Made by a program: the position numbers and the translations under genes. The notes under the pieces are model-generated. The model ran no database searches. It was not told the DNA's origin and was given only the letters and a program-made list of their open reading frames with translations. 12,094 bases of DNA from Caedimonas varicaedens (GTDB lineage Bacteria > Pseudomonadota > Alphaproteobacteria > Caedimonadales > Caedimonadaceae). The stretch's first letter is position 1. Every line of letters begins with the position of its first letter. The stretch is taken from NCBI GenBank assembly GCA_001192655.1, contig BBVC01000064.1, positions 1 to 12,094 of the forward strand, read 5' to 3'. This document shows, piece by piece, positions 6,490 through 12,094 of the stretch.

Positions 6490-9233
6490 TCCTCTGCACT
6501 GCTTTCTGTTACTTCTATTGCAGCCTCAGCACCAGTTTCTGCATCATCCTCATCCTGTGATTCAGAAATACGCGCAATAGAGACAACTTTCTCGTCTCCA
6601 GCTATGCGGAAAATAGTGACGCCTTGTGTTTGACGTCCCGCCATGCGGATGTCTTTTACGGGGCAGCGAATCAATTGCCCCCCATCCGTTACTAAAACAA
6701 TTTGGTCTAAATCGTTAACGATGAAGCTGTTGACAATCTTTCCGGTCTTTGTCGTCAGCTTCATGCTAGCAACGCCCTGTACCCCGCGATTTGTAATGCG
6801 ATATTCATAAGCAGAGGTGCGCTTGCCAAAGCCGCGATCGGTCACTGTCAGAATAAATTGCTCTTGCGCTTCCAGTGCTTCAAAACGCTGAGGTGAAAGA
6901 CGGGTGTTTTCACCCAGGTTTTCTGACTCATCTTTCTCTTCCGGATCATCTTCTATTCCTCTTTTTTGGCGGGAAAGTTTTATATAGGCGGCTCGTTCTT
7001 CTGGCGTTGCTTCAATATGATCCAGAACAGTGATCGAGATGATTTCATCCTGGGGCGCCAGCTTTATCCCCCGTACGCCTGTCGAGGAACGGCTTGCGAA
7101 CACTCGTAAATCCTGCACTGCACAACGAACACATTTACCGGCCCGTGAAGAAAGAAAGATATCCTGTTCATCCGTACAACTGACGACGCCTACCAATTTC
7201 TCACCTTCGTCCAGTTTCATAGCGATCTTGCCATTGGCACGCACGTTCAGAAAATCACTGAGGCTATTGCGCCTGACGGTTCCATGAGACGTTGCAAAAA
7301 CAATGGACATTTTATCTACTTCAGACTGGTCTTTGGGCAAGGGAAGGATTGTTGAAATGGTTTCTCCTTGTTCGAGAGGCAATATATTGATCATGGCTTT
7401 TCCCAGGGATTGGGGTGTTCCCGAAGGCAGGCGATAAACTTTCATCAAATAGGCAATTCCCCGTGTCGAAAAGAAAAGAACAGGCGTGTGTGTATCGGCG
7501 ACAAAAATTTCCTTAACGAAGTCCTCTGCTCGTGTCGACATTCCTGAACGCCCCTTACCCCCACGTTTCTGGGCGCGATAGGCTGTTAGAGGGACACGTT
7601 TAATATAACCATTCTGGCTTACTGTAATGACCATATCTTCAACCTGAATAAGGTCTTCTACATCGACAGTGCCTTCGGCATCTTCAATTGTCGTCCGGCG
7701 GGGTGTTGCAAAACGCTCTTTCATTTCCACCAGCTCAGTACGAATAATCTCGTACAACTTCTCGCGAGACCCCAGGACAGAAAGATATTCCTTGATTTGC
7801 TCAATAAGTTGCTCGAGTTCTTCTGCAATCTTTTCCCGCTCAAGTCCTGTCAGGCGATGCAGTCTTAAATCAAGGATTGCCCGCGCCTGAAGATCCGAAA
7901 GACGATAACTTATTTGTCCTTTTTCAAAGCCTGACTCTCCTACAAGCTCAATCAAGGGAGCAATGGAAAGCGCAGCCCATTCGCGCGCAAGCATTTGCTC
8001 GCGTGCTGTTTGCGGATCAGACGCATTTTTAATCAATGCAATCATTTCATCGATATTGGCAACAGCCACCGCAAGCCCAATCAAAATATGAGCACGCTCT
8101 CGTGCCTTGCGTAACTCATATTTGATTCTTCTTGTCACCACTTCTTCACGGAAGGCGATAAAAGCTGTGATAATATCCTTTACATTCATCTGCTTGGGCT
8201 GGCCTTTATCGAGCGCCAGCGTGTTAACGCCAAATGATGTCTGAAGGGGTGTAAAACGATACAACTGATTCAATACAACCTCAGCCATGGCTTCACGCTT
8301 AAGTTCAATCACCACACGTACGCCGTCACGATCAGATTCATCCCGCAGATCTGAAATGCCCTCAATAAGCTTGAGTTTCACCACCTCCGCCATACGCTCG
8401 ATCATACGTGCCTTATTCACTTGATAAGGCACTTCGGTAATAATGATGGCTTCGCGTTCTTTTCGAACTTCTTCTACATGGGTTCGTCCCCGCATGATGA
8501 TCGAACCGCGTCCTGTACGAGCAGCCTCAAAAATGCCCATGCGTCCCAAGATGATGCCGCCGGTAGGGAAATCAGGCCCCTGAATATAGGTGAGCATTTC
8601 TTCCACAGGCATGTCAGGATTTTCAATGTAGGCACAACAGGCATCGATTACTTCACCCAGATTATGGGGGGGGATGTTTGTGGCCATTCCCACCGCAATA
8701 CCCCCTGCTCCATTGACCAATAAATTGGGATAACGTGCAGGAAGGACAACAGGTTCTTCCGTTGTGCCATCAAAATTGGGACGAAAATCGACTGTATCTT
8801 GATCAATATCTTCCAGAAGGCAATGAGCGGCTCTGGACAAACGCGCTTCTGTATAACGGAAAGCTGCTGCCGAATCTCCGTCCATTGAGCCAAAATTTCC
8901 CTGACCATCAATCAGGGGAAGGCGCATGGAAAAATCCTGCACCATTCGAACAATCGCCTCATAAATGGGACCATCCCCATGGGGATGATACTTCATCATT
9001 ACATTTCCGATCGCGCTGGAAGATTTACGATAGGGACGATCAGCAATATTTCCCGACTCTTTCATAGCATACAGGATGCGACGATGAACAGGTTTGAGCC
9101 CGTCCCGAACATCTGGCAAGGCGCGTGACACGATGACGCTCATGGCATAGTCCAGGTAAGAGCGCCTCATCTCTTCTTCAAGTGCTACAGGCATTATTTC
9201 AGAAGAAAGCTGACTTCCATTTTCTGATGTCAC
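6486..9233 (-). CDS. gyrA: DNA gyrase subunit A, 915 aa
   Basis: Signature blocks are [38 protein letters not shown] (QRDR) and [22 protein letters not shown] (catalytic Tyr, residue 127 here). The GyrA box [10 protein letters not shown] separates it from ParC, and it has an acidic C-terminal tail. The start is GTG at 9233-9231, with GGAGA 5-6 nt upstream. Confidence 0.98.
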   Translation of the reverse strand: MTSENGSQLSSEIMPVALEEEMRRSYLDYAMSVIVSRALPDVRDGLKPVHRRILYAMKESGNIADRPYRKSSSAIGNVMMKYHPHGDGPIYEAIVRMVQDFSMRLPLIDGQGNFGSMDGDSAAAFRYTEARLSRAAHCLLEDIDQDTVDFRPNFDGTTEEPVVLPARYPNLLVNGAGGIAVGMATNIPPHNLGEVIDACCAYIENPDMPVEEMLTYIQGPDFPTGGIILGRMGIFEAARTGRGSIIMRGRTHVEEVRKEREAIIITEVPYQVNKARMIERMAEVVKLKLIEGISDLRDESDRDGVRVVIELKREAMAEVVLNQLYRFTPLQTSFGVNTLALDKGQPKQMNVKDIITAFIAFREEVVTRRIKYELRKARERAHILIGLAVAVANIDEMIALIKNASDPQTAREQMLAREWAALSIAPLIELVGESGFEKGQISYRLSDLQARAILDLRLHRLTGLEREKIAEELEQLIEQIKEYLSVLGSREKLYEIIRTELVEMKERFATPRRTTIEDAEGTVDVEDLIQVEDMVITVSQNGYIKRVPLTAYRAQKRGGKGRSGMSTRAEDFVKEIFVADTHTPVLFFSTRGIAYLMKVYRLPSGTPQSLGKAMINILPLEQGETISTILPLPKDQSEVDKMSIVFATSHGTVRRNSLSDFLNVRANGKIAMKLDEGEKLVGVVSCTDEQDIFLSSRAGKCVRCAVQDLRVFASRSSTGVRGIKLAPQDEIISITVLDHIEATPEERAAYIKLSRQKRGIEDDPEEKDESENLGENTRLSPQRFEALEAQEQFILTVTDRGFGKRTSAYEYRITNRGVQGVASMKLTTKTGKIVNSFIVNDLDQIVLVTDGGQLIRCPVKDIRMAGRQTQGVTIFRIAGDEKVVSIARISESQDEDDAETGAEAAIEVTESSAEE

Positions 9234-9284
9234 GATGATCTCCGCTTATGTTTTTTCTATTGTGGGTTTATAATATGAATGTGC

Positions 9285-9737
9285 CTAAAAAGGGATTTCA
9301 TCATCCAAATCATGGGAAGAAGGTGCATCCCCAGAAACATAGGAAGTCTCAAAGGAAGGTTCCGACACTCCTGTTGAATGATCATTACGGCTATCAAGCA
9401 TCATCATTTCTCCACGATATTTTTGCAGGACGACTTCGGTTGTATATTTTTCCTGACCCGTGTTATCTGTCCATTTACGTGTTTGCAATTGACCTTCCAG
9501 GTAAACTTTTGAACCTTTTCGGAGATACTTTTCACAAATTTCGGCTAGTCGATCGTTAAAAACAACAACACGATGCCATTCCGTACGATCCTTGCGCTCT
9601 CCTGTGGTTTTGTCTTTCCAGGCTTCAGAAGTCGCAACGGAAAGCTGGACAATCTTATTGCCGTCCTGAGTATTGCGCACTTCAGGATCGCGTCCCAAAT
9701 TTCCCACAAGAATAACCTTATTGACTGAGCCGGCCAT
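9285..9737 (-). CDS. ssb: Single-stranded DNA-binding protein, 150 aa
   Basis: The OB-fold N-terminus reads [21 protein letters not shown]...[10 protein letters not shown] low-complexity linker follows, then the canonical acidic tip DLDDEIPF. The SD GGAGGAAGT sits directly upstream of the ATG. Confidence 0.97.
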   Translation of the reverse strand: MAGSVNKVILVGNLGRDPEVRNTQDGNKIVQLSVATSEAWKDKTTGERKDRTEWHRVVVFNDRLAEICEKYLRKGSKVYLEGQLQTRKWTDNTGQEKYTTEVVLQKYRGEMMMLDSRNDHSTGVSEPSFETSYVSGDAPSSHDLDDEIPF

Positions 9738-9856
9738 ACTTCCTCCATAATTTTAGGCTGAATATTCTCTTTCTTATATAAAGGAAAATGCTTTCTCATA
9801 CCATACCTAAATCCTTTGGAATTCTTATATTTTGATATCTCTGCCAGGAAAGGAGA
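9738..9856 (-). promoter_or_regulatory. ssb upstream region with a duplicated 9-mer
   Basis: This is a 119-bp AT-rich spacer between the SDR-like stop and the ssb start. TTCTTATAT occurs twice, at 9771-9779 and 9822-9830. On the coding (minus) strand it reads ATATAAGAA, which contains the -10-like TATAAG. The two copies could be two promoters or two operator half-sites. No GAAC-N7-GAAC or GTTC-N7-GTTC (alphaproteobacterial LexA box) is present. Confidence 0.3.
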
Positions 9857-10735
9857 TCAACGCCTGAAAAGCGGCGCGATTCTGGCAAAATAATTCCGAT
9901 AATCCGGGTACGTCAATGTCACACCCAGATCTTGTTTTATCTTATTATTTCTGATCCGACGATTGTCCTGATAAAAACTGCGCGCCATCTCAGAAAGATT
10001 GGCTGAATCATAGTCAAGAAGAGGGGGTAAAGTCAGCCCTGAAAGATGCGACGCATACTCAATGACTTCACGGGAAGAAGAGGGAAGATCGTCCGCCAGG
10101 TTGTAAATTGCCCCTTGATGCGGATGTTTCATGGAAGATAAAAGAGTTTGTATGATATCTTCTACATGGATACGAGAGAAAAAATGATCTGATTTTTCAA
10201 CACGTTTAGCGCTTCCTTCATAGAGGGCATTCAGGGCGTTGCGTCCTGGACCATAAATGCCTGAAAGGCGAAAAATGTGTGTGGGAAGTTTTGAATTGAG
10301 CCATTCTTTCTCAACCATCAGGCGTATTTTTGTTCGTGGATTTGACGGTTGACAAAGGCTGTTTTCATCCACCCATGCACCCTTATGGTCGCCATAGACA
10401 CCCGTCGTGGAGAGATAGCCAAGCCATTGGAGAGAAGAGAGTTTTTCCATTGGTGTTTGCCAAGATTCCAAAAGGGGATCTTTTCCATTTTGAGGCGGAA
10501 TTGTGACGAGAATATGGGTAATCGGCTCTTGGAAAACATCAGAAAGCGTCTGCGGGTCATCAAAAGAAATAACAGACACTCCGGAAAAATTTGTATCTGG
10601 GTAGGCAGAAATTACCTCTGTATTAAGTTTTCCTGTCCGTGTGGTTCCAAAAACTCGATATCCCTTTTGAAGGGCATGATAAGCAGTATAAGCACCCACA
10701 TAACCCAACCCAAAAATTAAAAGTGTATTTTTCAT
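9857..10735 (-). CDS. NAD(P)-binding Rossmann-fold protein, atypical SDR / NAD-dependent epimerase-dehydratase-like, 292 aa
   Basis: The N-terminal dinucleotide-binding motif is LLIFGLGYVGAYTAYHALQKGYRVFGTTR (GxGxxG). Blocks of extended-SDR type are YLSTTGVYGD..G.WVDE and FRLSGIYGPGR. I cannot find a canonical YxxxK where it is expected (..PSNPRTKIRLMVEKEW..), hence the atypical label. Specific function is unknown. Confidence 0.75.
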   Translation of the reverse strand: MKNTLLIFGLGYVGAYTAYHALQKGYRVFGTTRTGKLNTEVISAYPDTNFSGVSVISFDDPQTLSDVFQEPITHILVTIPPQNGKDPLLESWQTPMEKLSSLQWLGYLSTTGVYGDHKGAWVDENSLCQPSNPRTKIRLMVEKEWLNSKLPTHIFRLSGIYGPGRNALNALYEGSAKRVEKSDHFFSRIHVEDIIQTLLSSMKHPHQGAIYNLADDLPSSSREVIEYASHLSGLTLPPLLDYDSANLSEMARSFYQDNRRIRNNKIKQDLGVTLTYPDYRNYFARIAPLFRR

Positions 10736-10815
10736 TAATTCTGCTTTCCTGTTAATAAAAATTAATCTTTTTTGAGCCTACAGTGGAATTAAATTTTTTA
10801 GAAAGGAGTTTAAAA
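10736..10815. promoter_or_regulatory. Divergent intergenic region between the SDR-like gene and the membrane-protein gene
   Basis: This is an 80-bp AT-rich spacer. It contains the inverted repeat TTAAT-AAAA-ATTAA (10752-10765). The SD AAAGGAG lies 7 nt before the 10816 ATG, and AGGAAAG lies upstream of the minus-strand 10735 ATG. Promoter hexamers are not confidently assignable. Confidence 0.3.
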
Positions 10816-11592
10816 ATGCTTCCTGTTTTTTGTATTGTGAAAGAGTCCTGGAGTTTTTTATTTAGGCGAACGAAGGATATGCCGCTTCTGCTTGCAAACT
10901 ACCTGCTTTCCTCTGCTCTTCTTATCTACTTTCTTACTTTTTCTGATATGGCCAAACAACTACCAGAAACATCTCATTTTCTTGCCATAACAGTCATGAT
11001 CTTTGCGGCACTGTTGCAAATGATTCTCCTCATGCCCATAGCGGCTTCAATAAGCAGAACCATCCTATTGGGGGAAGAAATCGATCAGACTTATCTTGTC
11101 CGGCTTTTTAGAAAGCGCGAATGGAAAATGGTAGGGAATTATACACTTTCTTTCCTTATCATTATTGGAGTCTCCTTGCTATTGGGAGTTATTGCGGGTT
11201 TTCTGTCGTATATGGCTTTGCAGTTTTTTCAGCAAAGCGTGGGGCATGTCATAGTCATTATTCTGGGAATGTTCGTCTTTATTGTCATCTTCTCTTTAGC
11301 TTTTCGTTTGGCATTGATTCTGGCTTTGTCCGCTATTGATCAGTCTCACCCCATTAAAACATCATGGAAGATAATGAAAGGAGCTGTTCTTTCGCTATTG
11401 GGAATTCTAATTCTTAGTGGACTGCCCCTTGTGATTATATTTTTCGTGTATCTCGCATTCCTTGTAGCGGGGTATATGACACATAGTGTCCTTTTAAATC
11501 TCGTGGGTTTTATTATCTGGCAATATTTTGCGCTAGTGTTTACAATTGCTATTGCCAAGGCTGCCAAAAAATTACAAGAAAAGACCTTTTGA
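10816..11592 (+). CDS. Hypothetical polytopic inner-membrane protein (about 6 TM), 258 aa
   Basis: I prefer the ATG at 10816 over the track GTG at 10783, because AAAGGAG sits 7 nt upstream. The product begins MLPVFCIVKESWSFLFRRTKDMPLLLANYLLSSALLIYFL.... It has hydrophobic helices throughout, short charged loops (LFRKREWKM, DQSHPIKTSWKIMKG) and a basic C-terminal tail KAAKKLQEKTF. I recognise no family motif. Confidence 0.7.
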   Translation: MLPVFCIVKESWSFLFRRTKDMPLLLANYLLSSALLIYFLTFSDMAKQLPETSHFLAITVMIFAALLQMILLMPIAASISRTILLGEEIDQTYLVRLFRKREWKMVGNYTLSFLIIIGVSLLLGVIAGFLSYMALQFFQQSVGHVIVIILGMFVFIVIFSLAFRLALILALSAIDQSHPIKTSWKIMKGAVLSLLGILILSGLPLVIIFFVYLAFLVAGYMTHSVLLNLVGFIIWQYFALVFTIAIAKAAKKLQEKTF

Positions 11593-11681
11593 ATTCCCTG
11601 ATCTGACACTCTTCATCATTTTTGCGTGGCAAGGTTGAGTTCTTTGTGTCATTCTGAATTAAAAAAGAACAGGGAAAGACT

Positions 11682-12089
11682 TTGGAAGATTTAGAGTCAT
11701 TTTATGATTATTATAGCCGAGAGTTGACGTATTTGCGCCATCAGGGTGCACAGTTCTCCCAAAAATATCCTAAAGTGGCGCAGCGGCTTGATTTTACGTC
11801 ACAGGAATCTTCGGATCCTCATGTTGAACGTCTTCTAGAATCTTTTGCTTATTTAACGGCACGCCTGCAGCGTGATATCGACGATCAATTCCCACGTTTG
11901 ACCAACGCCCTTTTAGGGGTTTTATATCCCCAATTTGTCAATCCTCTTCCCGCACTTTCCATTGCTGAATTTATCTTGTCTCCCCATAAGGGAAAACTGT
12001 CCGATTTTCATCTTGTCCCCAGGGGGACACCGCTTTTCATTAATACAAAAGAAGGGGAAACTTGTCGATTTCAAACATGTTATAGCTAA
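11682..12089 (+). CDS. tssF: Type VI secretion baseplate subunit TssF (ImpG/VasA family), N-terminal 135 aa only; truncated ORF, possibly a pseudogene or split gene
   Basis: The product is (M)EDLESFYDYYSRELTYLRHQGAQFSQKYPKVAQRLDFTSQESSDPHVERLLESFAYLTARLQRDIDDQFPRLTNALLGVLYPQFVNPLPALSIAEF...VPRGTPLF...GETCRFQT. This follows the TssF N-terminal consensus as I know it (YY..EL..LR..G.EFA..YPK.A..L...DP.VERLLEGFAFL.AR...DDEFP..T..LL..LYP.Y..P.PS....F...G.....G..C.FRT). The start is TTG, with AGGGAAAG upstream. An in-frame TAA at 12087-12089 ends the ORF at 135 aa, whereas family members are roughly 550-650 aa. Confidence 0.8.
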   Translation: MEDLESFYDYYSRELTYLRHQGAQFSQKYPKVAQRLDFTSQESSDPHVERLLESFAYLTARLQRDIDDQFPRLTNALLGVLYPQFVNPLPALSIAEFILSPHKGKLSDFHLVPRGTPLFINTKEGETCRFQTCYS

Positions 12090-12094
12090 CAACA

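Noticed and set aside
7030-9067. Plus-strand ORFs inside gyrA (7030..7287, 7669..7890, 8421..8723, 8735..9067) and the off-frame minus-strand ORF 8648..8911.
   Set aside because: All are nested in the gyrA coding sequence, lack recognisable domains and have Ser/Arg/Pro-rich shadow-frame composition.
9248-9799. The 9248..9559 plus-strand ORF antisense to ssb, and the 9545..9799 minus-strand ORF overlapping the ssb start.
   Set aside because: They conflict with the clear ssb gene and its strong SD, and have no motifs.
10318-10720. Off-frame and antisense ORFs within the SDR-like gene (10318..10563 minus, 10349..10720 plus). Similarly 11121..11339 plus and 11346..11609 minus within the membrane-protein gene.
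   Set aside because: These are shadow ORFs without motifs, wholly overlapped by better-supported genes.
10783-10815. The GTG start at 10783 for the membrane protein.
   Set aside because: The ATG at 10816 has a well-spaced AAAGGAG SD. The 11 extra residues are hydrophilic and unsupported.
1-12094. A search by eye for tRNA/rRNA genes, CRISPR-like spaced repeats, IS inverted repeats, integrase or transposase ORFs, defence-system genes, toxin-antitoxin pairs and strong rho-independent terminators.
   Set aside because: None were found. The intergenic regions are all 119 bp or shorter and lack tRNA-like T-arm motifs. The only stem-loops seen are weak 5-bp stems with long loops (for example around 5706-5729, 9835-9857 and 11606-11650), which is not enough to call terminators.

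Overview
This is a chromosomal, mostly housekeeping window with alphaproteobacterium-type synteny, and it looks moderately AT-rich by eye. Gene order is as follows. comEC (minus strand) runs off the left edge and is divergent from a gltX-gltA operon (+). Next come a small tail-anchored ORF (+), an EamA/DMT permease (+) and a Flp-type pilin (+). The pilin is convergent with a co-directional minus-strand run of SDR-like, ssb, gyrA and coaD. That run is divergent from an unassigned polytopic membrane protein (+), which is followed by an ORF encoding only the N-terminus of the type VI secretion baseplate protein TssF. The TssF ORF stops 5 nt before the right edge. I found no rRNA, tRNA, CRISPR array, transposase, integrase or long repeat. 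I do not see a complete novel system here. Four items deserve a second look: (1) the truncated tssF, which lacks tssE upstream and sits beside an unknown membrane protein; (2) an orphan Flp pilin with no tad/cpa genes nearby, ending 1 nt from the convergent coaD stop; (3) a GyrA QRDR with Gly-Pro at E. coli positions 83-84; (4) a 68-codon tail-anchored ORF just after gltA. All family calls rest on motifs read by eye from the translations, because no searches could be run.
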